Shown: positions 40,905 through 53,039 of the stretch, piece after piece
Position numbering within the stretch: position 1 is the first letter of the stretch
Layout of the letters: each line of letters begins with the position of its first letter
Source: Octopus sinensis
Lineage: Eukaryota
Assembly (NCBI RefSeq): GCF_006345805.1
Contig: NC_043001.1
Span: 48,174,001 to 48,238,000 of the forward strand
DNA: 64,000 nt
Direction of reading: 5' to 3'
Position numbers and translations under genes: made by a program
Notes under the pieces: model-generated
Databases searched by the model: none
Told to the model about the DNA's origin: nothing
The model's input: only the letters and a program-made list of their open reading frames with translations

Positions 40905-41440
40905 ACTGCACCCGTACCGTCAGTACAGGCGATTAATGTTTAAATGTATTGAAAGTGATAATAATATAAAGATAAAATGTAGAAAAACTACATGTAATAT
41001 TGAATGCAGATATTTACACGATGCAACAGAATTGGCAATTGGAAAATTTAGAGAAGTGAAAAATAAAAACTTACTTTTCCGTTAAATATTATTAGCTTTA
41101 ACACACAAACCGAGAATTTCGCCGTTTACCGTGAAGTAAATATGCAACAATAATGAGGAGAAAGAGGTGGTGACGACTGTATTTAATATAACTCAGATGA
41201 GTAAAATGTAGTTCTGAACATTAATTTTTCTCTGTGCCCGTTCATATTATTTCTGTTTGTAATTTTAATGATTACAACGTTGAATTTCCAGCGAGATGAG
41301 ACGGGAGAAAGCAGATGTATTTCAATCTGAGTGAATGACTGACCTTGTGTTTTGTTAATGGTCATTGCAATTGGCGAGGCAAATAGACGTCTTACATCAC
41401 AGCGTGCTAAATTTAGTATTGGGAGAAATAAATCCAATTG
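40905..41440 (-). mobile_element. Helitron 3' remnant (PIF1 helicase C-terminus and terminal hairpin)
   Basis: AMTINKTQGQSFTQIEIHLLSPVSS resembles AMTINKSQGQT..GLYL..PVFSHGQ. Hairpin CCCGTAC-CGTCA-GTACAGG at ~40910-40929. Confidence 0.7.
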
Positions 41441-41625
41441 TTTCTTACTAAAAGTCAGTATTTAAAATCTAAACTTATATTGTATAATCTATGTTCTGTT
41501 ATTCTGTTTGCCAACCAGGATAGTAACTGCAAACTGGTGCAAATAACATGATATAATATGCATGCGAAGTAATTCCAATAAGATTTGCGGCGATTTCCCT
41601 TTACGTAATATGAAATATTTATATA

Positions 41626-42450
41626 TCAGGTTGAGTAAGAAGTAAGCGACGTTTGTGAACTATGAAGAATTTGTACTGGATTTTTGCAGAGTTTGGGATT
41701 TTTAAAAACATATTTTCGCAATTGTTCGATAATACAGACATAGACTTGCCCAAATGCATCAATAAATTAACATTGATATTTTTACACCGTTATTATAATC
41801 ATCTGAAATGGAACTGTCAACGCACGATATTCGAGCATGCCCATCTGTTATCGATGACGGACAATTAAAGACCTTCATTGAGAAAGATTCACGTAAAACC
41901 ACCCGGGAACTGGCAAAAGACATTCACGTTAGCAAGTAAACTGCGTGCAACCATTTGCATGCGATCAGAAAATCAAAAGCGCTTGATAAGTGGGTACCAC
42001 ACGATTTGAATGATAATCTGAAAATGCGCAGATATGAAATTTGCTCGTCACTTTTTCTCCGTAACCAAACCGATCCATATCTCAACCTTACGATGAAAAG
42101 TGGATTCTATACAATAATAAAGAAACGTTCTTCGCAGTGGTTGGACCAAAATGAAGGACGGAAAACCTTCCCTCAAATCGAGCACTTAAAAAGGAACGTT
42201 ATGGTGACTATTTGGTGGTGTACTGCTGGACTCATCCACTATAACTTCTTAAAACCGGGAAAAACCATTACTACAGATACATATTGCCATGAAATTAGCA
42301 AAACGAAGGAAAATCTTACTCCTCCGTCCCAGACTGGTCAACAGAAGCATTTCAATCATTCATGACTATGCTCGACCACACGTTTCACTAATGACGCTCC
42401 AGAAGTGGAGGAAACCTGGCCACGAAGTTCTTCTTCACCAAGGATATTCG
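41626..42450 (+). mobile_element. Internally deleted, 3'-truncated mariner
   Basis: TA|TCAGGTTGAG 5' end; motifs KWVPHDL, VMVTIWW..GLIHY and HDYARPH. Confidence 0.9.
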
Positions 42451-42488
42451 CGTGTGTGTGCGCGCGCGTAGATATATAATATATATGT

Positions 42489-42542
<54 letters not shown>

Positions 42543-42630
42543 TGATAGATAGATAGATAGATAGATAGATAAGTAGATAGGTAGATAGACAGACAGACAG
42601 ACTGACAGACAGTCAGACAGTCAGACAGAC

Positions 42631-42706
<76 letters not shown>

Positions 42707-43006
42707 TCAGATAAATTAGGTACTTACTAGCTTCTAAGCTGAAGTGAAGACAGCACGTTCTTTGTCAATCTCCTTACCTTCTTGGAGGTTTCAAGTAAAA
42801 TTATAATGTGTCCATCTGTTTTAATTTAATTTAATTCTGTCTTTATGCAACTGAGGATTGCTCTGCATTTAAATTGATGTAATGATTGCATTGTTCAATT
42901 AAATGGAGTTGCTTGAAACGATCGTACTGCATAATGCATTATGTGTTTGTGTGTGCATGTATATGTGTGTGCGTGTGTGTGTGTATGTATGTGTGTGTGT
43001 GTGTGT

Positions 43007-43051
<45 letters not shown>

Positions 43052-43101
43052 GGGACTTTGAAGCATTAAGAATCACAGAATTTAAATCAAACTGTTCTGG
43101 T

Positions 43102-43171
<70 letters not shown>

Positions 43172-43172
<1 letters not shown>

Positions 43173-44488
43173 TAGGTCGTCAAATATGAAATTTGTAGTA
43201 AGGTATATGGTAGATTTTGACAGTTGCTCATTTAAGCCATTATTATATTTCGACAATCTTTAGTTTTTGCTAGAAAGCTGACGCATCTATTTCTTTATTC
43301 TAACTCATTTTGCACTTTATAAAGTATTTATAAATCGTGTTTTGTTATTTTTGTTTAGAGATGGATAAATCGTAAATTCGTACCGTTATGAAATATGAGT
43401 TCTTCCTCGAAGATACAGCATCACAGACAACTCGGAATATTTATGAAATATTTCATTCTATTGTTATTATACAGCAGACAATATCAAATTGGTTTGCAAA
43501 ATTTCTTTCTGGTAACTTTAACCTCACAAATGAGCAACGCGGTCGATCAGAAACAAAGGTGGATAATGACAATCTGGAAGCCACCGTCGAGTCAGATCTA
43601 TCTCAACGTACCCGTGTATTATCATTGATGTTTGGTATTAGCAAACAAACAATATTGACTCACTTAGTTTAAATTGGAAAAGTGAAAAAGTTCGATAAGT
43701 GTGTTCTGCATGAACTGAATGAAATCAGAAATAGCAACATTATGAAGCCTGCATTATCATACTTTTAATCGAATTTTAACATGTGATGAGAAATGGATCC
43801 AATACAACAACCGTAAGCGTTCAACACAATGGTTGGACAAAGACGAGTCACCAAAACACAGTTCAAAAAGCAGATTTCATCAAAAGATGCTGATGGTGTG
43901 TGTTTGGTGGTCTGGCGCAGGTGTCATTCATTATGATTTCATTAAACCTGACTTATCAATTGCAGCCAACTGGACCAAATGATACAGAAACTTACAAAAA
44001 AAAGCCTAGATTTATCAACAGATCCACTCCTATTTTATTACATGACAACGCCAGACCACACATCGCAAAAATGACATAAGTGAAACTACAATAGTTGAAG
44101 TTGGAAGTTCTCCATCATCCACCATATTCATCTGATCTGTAATTCTATATTTTAGTTTATCTTTCCATGTTACAATTTTTATATACCTGGTTCCTTACAT
44201 TTGGTTTTTGAATATTAGACAAAAGACTCTCATAATTTAGATCTTAATTGTTGTTTTTCAAAGCTTCCAAGTTATTTAGAATCTGGAATCATTATTTTTG
44301 CTGCTTTTCATGAAAAGTCCTTAGATACAATTTGGATAACTTCTTGATGGGAAAATTTAATTCCGATGATGCTGTAAAACTGGCCTTCCAAGACAATTCC
44401 ACGACTTCAGAATACCAGGCTTTTACAGGCCGGGCGGGACAAGCTACCGATGAAGTGGCAAAAGGGTATTGACAATATGGGTGCATAT
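43172..44488 (+). mobile_element. Defective mariner in (TA)n, with a foreign insert at YSSDL
   Basis: TTAGGTCGTC 5' end; MKYEF.., TCDEKWI, HDNARPH, HPPYSSDL, NLDNFL and KLPMKWQKGID. ~190 bp of unrelated DNA lies at ~44140-44327. Confidence 0.9.
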
Positions 44489-44548
44489 ATATATATATGT
44501 ATATATATAATATATATATATATATTATATATATATAATATATATATA

Positions 44549-44605
<57 letters not shown>

Positions 44606-44661
44606 GTTTAAGCAACTTGTTGCAAAAGCCCCTTATTATTATAATTATATATATATATATA

Positions 44662-44921
44662 TATTGTATTTATATTCGTGTAACATCGTCCGTTTTTCTG
44701 TCCTTGTTTCGTATATATTCGATCCTTTTTCCAAGAAATCTAATACTCGTAGCTTAGTTTTTCCTTGGGGTTGGCCAGATCGGAGCAATCTCAAGATTAA
44801 TCAGCCGAAATTGCGAGGATGATCCGGTTCTTGACTGAAGATTAGAGGCTTCGAATGACCCGTCTGTATTTTTTGTATCGTCTATTTGAATGTTTTGCGT
44901 TCTTGTCCCATTTTGTATTTA
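44662..44921. mobile_element. Unclassified ~260-bp element inserted in (TA)n
   Basis: Sharp boundaries with (TA)n on both sides; size and composition resemble the HHR-bearing elements. Confidence 0.55.
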
Positions 44922-45293
44922 TATATATATATATATATATTATTTCAGCGTACGTAGACCTTATTCTCTTATATGTAAGTACACATTCCACTAAACTTTG
45001 TACGACTTCAACATTCTCTCTCACATTCCTTTGCCTTTCTTACTTTGTACTTCACTGTCCCTGTCTTTCTCTTTTCTCGCCTCCTTGATTGGTGTATTAT
45101 AATAAAATGAATAATAACAGGCGATGGAAAATTGTCAGCTCATTAAAGCTGTGTCGTACATATTTTTTAATACAAGAATGAGAACATTATTTCATTACAC
45201 ACACCGTAAGGGTTTATATGATTGTGTATAGAAGAACAAATTCATCAATGAAATTCCAACTGATTTGCACGTTTTATTATTTGCATTCTTTTT

Positions 45294-45446
45294 TTACAAT
45301 TTTACAATATTGAAATAAGGTAGTACTTTCATGCGTTACGCAATCATCAGGTTTATGTTGAGACAGTCGTGTCCCACTGTCACTACATGAATCTGATGAT
45401 TGAGCAATGCATGAAAGTACTAGCTTATTTCAATATCGTAATATTG

Positions 45447-45449
<3 letters not shown>
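45294..45449. ncRNA. Foldback with minimal HHR motifs on both strands (45315-45356 minus, 45387-45428 plus)
   Basis: CTGATGA-T-TGCG(TAA)CGCA-T-GAAA-GTAC-TA on the minus strand, with a degenerate twin on plus. Stem III is the palindrome AGTACT, the central loop is 8 nt, and stem I is imperfect. Confidence 0.7.
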
Positions 45450-45496
<47 letters not shown>

Positions 45497-46102
45497 GCAT
45501 TTTACTCCTAATCTGACAGAGGTAACTTAGGAAGTATACTTTTGCCACTAAGGGCAATTTGATAAAGTTAACTTATTGTATGTGATATTTCCAGATATTA
45601 CCCGTTATGGCAAAACTCTATTAATATTCTTGTGGCAACTATAATGATATATTCATCTGGAACAGTTCGCTATACATTTTTGATTAACTGAATACCGTCG
45701 TGATTAATGCAAAAAGAAAACATTGATAAAGAACAGTTTACTTGAAAAGCATCTAAGGCAGATATTAATTACAATAAATATTAACGAACGCAAAGCTTTT
45801 TCAGCTGCAGCCAAATACTTCTTCATCTACCTCCGCCTCCTTCTCTCTCTCCGTCTCTATGATCCATTATCTCTTGCAATGCACGTGTGTAACGTTCTTT
45901 TACTCATTGCCGGCCACAAATCCTGATATGTGCAATCAATCTGCACGTCTTGTACTAACTCTCTAAATAAACTTTCTTTCACTCTCTCTCTTTCTCTCTC
46001 ACTCTTTCTCTCCCTCCCCTCCCCCCCTCTCTCTCTCTCTGCTATGTAAAATGCGACTGAAAAGATTCAACACACTCGCCAACATGTATATTGTTTATTA
46101 TT

Positions 46103-46845
46103 AAAGGCAGCGAGCTGGCAGAATGGTTAGCGCGCCGGTCGAAGTTCGTCTGACGCTAGGTTCTGTGTTCAAATTCTGCCAAGGTCGACTATGCTTTTTT
46201 ATTGTTTCGGGTTCGATAAAATAAGTACCTGTGAAACACTGGAGTCGATGTAATCGATTAGTCCCCTCCCCAACAATTTCAGGTCTTGTATCTTTAGTAG
46301 AAACGATCATTAAAGGCGGCGAGCTGACTGAATCGTTAGAACGCCGGGTGAAATGCTGAGCGGTATTTCGTCTGCCTTTACGTTCTGAGTTCAAGTTCCG
46401 CCGAGGTCGACTTTGCCTTTCATCCTTTCGGGGTCGATTAAATAAGTACTAGTTATGCACTGGGGTCGATATAATCGACTTAATCCGTTTGTCTGTCCTT
46501 CTTTGTCCTCACTCTGTTTAGCCCCTTGTGAGTTGTAAAGAAATAGGTATTTACAGGGGCTAATTTTTGTTACTTTGAGAAACTTCGTTTTAACCTGTTC
46601 TATCAGATATGATCGTCATTTGATAGCCAAAGAACTACTTAATAACCTTATATACCTGAAATTTGGGGGAAGGAGATTAGCTGAATGTATTGACTCCAGT
46701 ACTCAGCAGGCATTTATTTCATCGACTGCAGGAGAATTAAAGGCAAAGTCGAACTTGCTGAATTTGAACTCAGAGCGTAAATATGGTCGAAATGCTGCCA
46801 ATCAATTTGTCGGGAGTGCTAAAGATTCTGCCAGCTCGCCGCCTT
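46103..46845. mobile_element. Three family-A SINEs (two plus, one minus)
   Basis: Heads at ~46104 and ~46314 (+) and ~46844 (-). Confidence 0.85.
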
Positions 46846-47249
46846 CAGAATAACACCTTAATTAATACTTAATAAAACTTGGGTAAATGATGATTGGGTA
46901 GTAGCATAATAATATGCATCATGCTGTTTTGTTGATTGGTTAATTTGGCAATAAATGATATTTATTATTAGTTGTTTAATTTCATAATGTACCTAACATA
47001 CTAATTGTTCTTCAGCTAATATCATAATGTTCAACATGCTCATTTGTCGGTTGTTAATTTTTAATGTGCTATAAACAATGATTGTTTGTTTACGATGCCT
47101 GTAATATGTTCTGCATGTTGATTTATAATTACCCAATCATATAATGAATTCTTTATATATTGATTGTCGAGTTGCGTAATGTTATTTGGAAATTAATTTT
47201 TGATTTATTAATTTCGTAATTTGATCACCATGTTTAATTGTTAATTGCT

Positions 47250-47515
47250 ATGTTAAATGTTGATCGGCTAACTTTTTTTTTATATCTAAACGCTGATTTG
47301 CTAACTTTGTATGCGTGCTTTGTATGTTAAACGTTGATTGGCTAATCTTGTATAAGCGCTTTGCATGTTAAATGTTGAATGGATAACTTCGTATATCTGC
47401 TCTGTATACCAAATGTTGGTTGGCTAATCCTGTTTATTTGCTCTGCGCGTTAAAACTTAATTAGCTAACTTCGTATATATCCTTTGCATGTTAAATGCTG
47501 ATTGGTGAATCTCAT
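47250..47515. repeat. Degenerate ~40-bp minisatellite, ~6 units
   Basis: Unit resembling TTTGCATGTTAAATGTTGATTGGCTAACTTCGTATA. Confidence 0.75.
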
Positions 47516-47942
47516 AAAACATGTTTTCTATATTGAGAGTGGATCGACAACTAAAACCAGTATCAAAGAAACCTCATAGTGTTAACCAACTACTCTTGGA
47601 CTGTAGTCTCCTTATTGATTGGTTACTTTGTCAACAAGTCTATTGAATAATTAACCAGACAGCTTTTATGTGTTCACTTGATCTGCTAGAAATATCGGCT
47701 AAATCTTTTTCAGATCAAAATGTATTGTTTTGAAGGAAGACAAAGTATTGAATAATGTTGACCTGGATTCATGTGAAGAAAAGACGTTCGGTCGCAATTG
47801 GCAATTCCTTTGATGATAGGTTTCCTCACTCAGAAAAGAACTGGAACTGGGCAACTGGAATGCCTTGATCAGAATTCAGCTCGTTACACACTACCAGTGT
47901 CTTCTTTCCTTGAACGCTCAATTGTGAATGTATTTCTTATAG

Positions 47943-48074
47943 AGAAGACGAAGAAGAAGAAGAAGAAGAAGAAGAAGAAGAAGGAGGAGGAGGAGGAGGA
48001 GGAGGAGGAGAGGGAGGAGGAGGAGGAGGAGAAGGAGGAGAAGGAGGAGAAGAAGAAGAAGTAAAGTAGAAGAA

Positions 48075-48122
<48 letters not shown>

Positions 48123-48180
48123 GGTGGTGGTGGTGGTGGCGGTGGTGGCGGCGTCGGCGGCGGCGGCAGTGGCGGTGGCA
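47943..48180. repeat. Compound triplet microsatellite (GAA)-(GAG)-(GAT)-(GGT)-(GGC)
   Basis: Directly visible. Confidence 0.95.
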
Positions 48181-48961
48181 AAGGAGCTGATACTTCGGTG
48201 GGAGTTAAAACTTGGAACGCAACGAGCCGCAACAAATACTGAAGTCAATCTGCCGGATTGCTGTTACAACTCTGCCATGTGGCTACTTTATTAACCCTGG
48301 GTCTAAACAATTGTAATTCTCTTTTTGATTATATGTCTGATAAGACAGGGTTGACCTGAGCTAACCAACAACAGCTACAACATCAAGCGAATTTCCTGAT
48401 TGGCTTGTTGAGTGGCTGTTCAATAAATCTTGCTCGTTGATTAGCAAATAACGTGTCAAAGACTAGTTTTGATTACATAATATGCTGCTATGATGTTTAA
48501 TGATTGCTACAATTATCGCATCGTCGATTTCCATATATTTTTTTAGTTGTCTGTTTCTGCGCTGTAATTACTCTATTCATTGTCATGCTGTCGTCTTTAT
48601 GGTTGTGTTTGAAGGAAAGCTAAGATACCACTTCCAAATATCAAGACGGATTGTTAAGGGCCGAAGCATAGATTCAGATATATAGTTCCATCCACTATAT
48701 GTTTCTGCTTTTATCACGGAGCTTTTTAGCCCATATTGGCTTTCGCTAGATCTTTATTCGCACGTACATATACAGACACACGGGTACACGCATAAACTTG
48801 CATACACACACATGCATACATATCTACAAATATTTTGACAAACACACAAATATACACACACACAAGCACACACACAAACATACACACTAACACACACATA
48901 CACACGCACATTCGACGGTTCTAAAAACAAAGAAAAAGTTTAACATATGTTGTTGCATATA

Positions 48962-48989
<28 letters not shown>

Positions 48990-49005
<16 letters not shown>

Positions 49006-49350
49006 CAGGTTGTCTGTGTGTCTGTGTGTGTCTCTGTGTGTCTGTTTGTCTGTCTGTCCGGATTCTTCTCTGAAACTAGCCGACGTTCCAACGTTTTATT
49101 TTTTTTTTTTTTGGAAACTTCACATATCGGTGCATTTTTGAGCGAGACGGGTCGTGATGCTATTGATTTTTCCATATTGATATCGGATCTCCCCCAAAAT
49201 CGATACATCAATATTATGTTTTTTCAAAAGTTGTCCGATTTTGATCACAATCACCATACTTAGGAATTTTTATCTAAGGAGTTTCATAGCGTCATTAGTT
49301 TTTTTTTTTCAAATTCCGTTTCGTTTGAGCACAGCATGAGAAGAACCGAC
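48990..49350 (+). mobile_element. Helitron-like non-autonomous 5' region
   Basis: TATATATAAACTACAGGTTGTCTGTGTG followed by (GTCT)n, the same architecture as 35855-36124. Confidence 0.5.
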
Positions 49351-49367
49351 TCAAAAAATGCCCTTTT

Positions 49368-49552
49368 CAATTATTCGGTAGCCATGATAAAACTCTGAGT
49401 TTCAGATGTCGGGACGGAAACCCACGCCGGCATCTCTTCAGTTATCGGGCCATCGAAAAAATTTCGATGGCCCGATAACTGAAGAGATGCCGGCGTGGGT
49501 TTCCGCCCCGACATCCGAAACTTGCAGTTTTATCATGGCTACCGGGTAATTG
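49368..49552. ncRNA. Near-perfect foldback with complete type I HHR motifs on both strands (49386-49446 minus, 49474-49534 plus)
   Basis: GATAA-CTGAAGA-GATGCCGG..CCGACATC-C-GAAAC-TTGCA-GTT^TTATC. Arms are ~91 bp with a 3-nt loop. Confidence 0.85.
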
Positions 49553-49794
49553 TCACATATTATATTTACAGATAAATTCTTCTATTTACATAATATTGAG
49601 GTCTCTTTCATTCTTCTGTTGTCTTGCCATTTCTATTTATATATATATATATATAAATTAGAGAAAAAACACTATTATGCAAACAATGATAGACATACAC
49701 CAAATCATAAATAAAAAATAAAACATGTTTTTAAACATATAACTAGATCACAAAGAGTATAAAAATGAATAATCAATATATAATAAGTAAAACA

Positions 49795-49896
49795 AACTAC
49801 GTGCGTTTCATGGCTATAATGAAATTCGAATTACAATTAAATTAAAATTTAATCGAAAATCAATTCAATTTAAAATTATAGTCACTCTTCAGGTTA
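49795..49896 (-). ncRNA. Type I HHR motif with a long AT-rich stem II
   Basis: Minus strand AAC-CTGAAGA-GTGACTATAAT..ATTATAGCCAT-GAAAC-GCAC-GTA^GTT. Confidence 0.65.
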
Positions 49897-49924
49897 ATAA
49901 TAATAACATAATAGTTAAATAAAT

Positions 49925-50500
49925 AAGCAAATAGAGTTGAAGCAACGGTAGCATGATAACTCACCCCTCCAAAGAAAGCTCGTGTCCAACCTCAGCAGGC
50001 AAAGTGATGGTCATAATCTTTTGGGATCAGCGAAGTTGAGATAATGGATTTTCTGGCATATTATGCTTCTCTGCTCAAGAAATTGGGGACGCCATCAAAG
50101 CAGACAGGTGTGGTATGCTGGCCAAAGGAGTCCGCCTCCTCCGAGTTAGTGCGCATGTTGCCCAGAGGAAAGCACACTTTTGCGGCTATGAAATCATTCC
50201 TCATCCTCCTTACGCTTCCGCCTCGCACAATCTGATTTCCACCTCTTTCCAACCATGAAGTCTTTTTTGAAGGGAAATCCTTTTTCGAATAATGATAAAC
50301 TTCTTTCGAAGTAAAGCCTTGGATTCAAATACCACCTACCGACTTCTACAGATGAGGTTTTCACAGCTGCATAAAACGATGGGAGAAATGTGCCACCATT
50401 GGTGGTGGGTGTGTAGATAAGGACTAATAATTATGCCAAATATGGTTTCTCCCAGACATTGGTATGTAGGTCAGGGGAAATTTTTAATGAACGCCCATCC
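49925..50500 (+). mobile_element. 3' half of a mariner from a different subfamily
   Basis: PPKKARVQP, AGKVMVIIFWD, YYASLLKKL, HPPY..SDFHLFPTMKSFLKG and KRWEKC; probable 3' TIR at ~50470-50500. Confidence 0.85.
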
Positions 50501-50508
50501 TGCATGTA

Positions 50509-50608
<100 letters not shown>

Positions 50609-51834
50609 TATATATATACATACATACATACATAATACATACATACATACATACATACATACATACATACATACATACTTACATACACGTGCGCACGCAC
50701 ACACACACACATATAGAAATTGAATGGATAATTATAATCCAGATTACCACCTCATCAGCACTCTATGTAGGAACCTGACTAGCGCAATATTCCGATAACC
50801 GTAGAAACATTGATAGGTGTTTACAATATTCCTCACAAATTTAGACTAAAACAAATATTTTGTAGCTCGTAGTACTGAGACCACTGGCATGTAACAAAGT
50901 GTAAACAAACATCCAAACAGATAGTCATTTGACAATTATACTCGTTATGTTACATAAGTTTTCACTAAACTGTTTGACAATCGAAGTTGGGACACTTGAG
51001 CATGTTTCGGTACGTTTTTGTTTTTACATGCCCAGTTTTTTTTAAGTTTGTTTCGCTTTGATTCCATTCTTCACAATAATGAGTAAAGAAACAAGAACAC
51101 TGTATCAAGAGAGATTGCAAAAATAACAGTGTGCTATGCCAAACATTTCGTATCTGTCAGAAGTACGTGCTGATATATGGTATTTAAGCACATTGCAAAT
51201 TTTATAGATGTGACATAGTAGTAAAATATTAAGTTAGTAAGCCACAGTGGAACTAAGCAAAGATCAAAGAACATCAGTTACATATAAAGTATTTGAGTTA
51301 AGAATTTCTTTTAACTGAAAATGTAATGAAACATCAATGCTTGAAGCTAAATTAACGATGCATATTTGCAGTCAATCTTCATATAATACTCTGCGATCTT
51401 TTGTGCAGAAAGTAAAATACCCTATGACAAAAATATTTCTAAAATGAAGTTTCAAATGTACAAATATTGTAAAGAATTTGCTTGCTCCACACTTTGATAG
51501 AAAATTGATTTCTGAAGTAGGAAATGGAGCAGTCAGTAGGAGGTGAATCTAATTACATAATATATTAGTAAGCTTCTGGGAATTATGATAATATATGTCA
51601 GTACAAATTACACAATAGATATGCGTGCATGTAGTTATATGATATTTTTAGAAATATGCGATAGAAATGGCACTGTAGATGTTTAAAATGAAAGATAATG
51701 GAGAGAAAAATTAAACATTAAAAGTCTTTTTGTTATTGGAGATGACGCTTGTATCACGCTAGGAGTTAAGACGAGCGTCAATTAGAAATTAATAGAAGTT
51801 CTACCGTTATATCTGTTTAGTTGTTTGTGCATGG

Positions 51835-51897
<63 letters not shown>

Positions 51898-52230
51898 TGA
51901 TTCTTTCCTGTCAGCAGTATCTTACACATGTTTCGAATGCCCTCCCATGGAGTTAGAATTTTTTGATAGGAGAAACATGTATGTCGTAGTCCCACTCTTC
52001 AACCAAACAATCAACTTAGAACCAGTTGTACCTCTTAACGTAGAAAAAACATCAAAAGTTTTGCAGCCATATCTTTCCGAGTACAAATTAAAATAATGTC
52101 GAGGCAAATTCGAAAAAAAACTCGAACCTATTTAAAATCATCTAGGAGCACATTAATTTTATCCAGGCAAATAATTATATAAAATCTCAAAGAATCTATC
52201 TGACGCGTAATAAATTACAATTTAATTTTG

Positions 52231-52439
52231 GCTTCAAATTTTGGCACGAGAACAGTAGATCTGGGGAAGGGGCTAAGGCGATTAAATCGTTCCCAGTGTT
52301 CAACTGGTACTTATTTTATCGACGCCGAAACGTGAAAGGTAAAATCGACCTCGGCAGAATTTGAACTCAACCTAAAAACGGACGAAATGCCACTAAGCAT
52401 TTTGCCCGTCGGGCTAACGTTTCTGCCAGCTTGCCGCCT
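52231..52439 (-). mobile_element. Family-A SINE with a 20-bp TSD
   Basis: TAAATTACAATTTAATTTTG at 52211-52230 and 52440-52459. Confidence 0.9.
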
Positions 52440-53039
52440 TAAATTACAATTTAATTTTGAACGGCGAAACTTATTGAAGAAGTATAAAACCCTCTTCCCT
52501 CTTTTAATGGAAATCATATATTTGGAAATACAAAACACGGTTACTCTGGATTTAAATGTATTTGGTTTAAAGAAATGACTTTTTTTTCCAGACGACTTAC
52601 TATCGTTTGTTGGGTGACAGTCAATCCATACGTTGAATGTATTTGCTCGCAAATATTCTTCAATGTCAGTTGTGAGATTTCGTCTCACCACTCAGCAAGT
52701 GATTCTATACGTTCATATTCTGTCTTCATAACTTTGTGATAATCACTTCTGTGGTACAAAAAGTGGTGCATGATCTCCATTCACCCAATTATATGCCTCC
52801 TTAACTAGACGTGCAACAGCAATGGACTCTCAATCAGTGGCAGGGAGCACACAAATACGAGCTTCAAGTGCAGACTTGTATGGCTACCTACATGGTTCAC
52901 TATTTGGTACCTCACAAAATGCCAGTACATGAAACCAAGAAAATATCTAATATTACTTTGAAACACTCCAAGTTTTAGATGTTAATATCAACCAGAACAG
53001 GTACAGCATTCATAGAACCTTGGAAGCCAAAATCAAATA

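Noticed and set aside
44138-44280. GT..AG segment in the mariner resembling an intron
   Set aside because: Removing it does not restore the APTDYHFF motif; foreign DNA extends to ~44327 with loss of transposase sequence.
44760-44825. Possible divergent HHR (GGC..GCC-GAAA with TCCT/AGGA stem)
   Set aside because: The 5' core strand is not recognisable as CUGANGA or a covariant of it.
48240-48310. Minus-strand terminal exon PRVNKVATWQSCNSNPAD*
   Set aside because: Only a weak acceptor and 18 codons, with no recognisable homology.
50725-50765. Minus-strand CTGATGAGG motif
   Set aside because: No GAAA or cleavage triplet follows the putative stem II.
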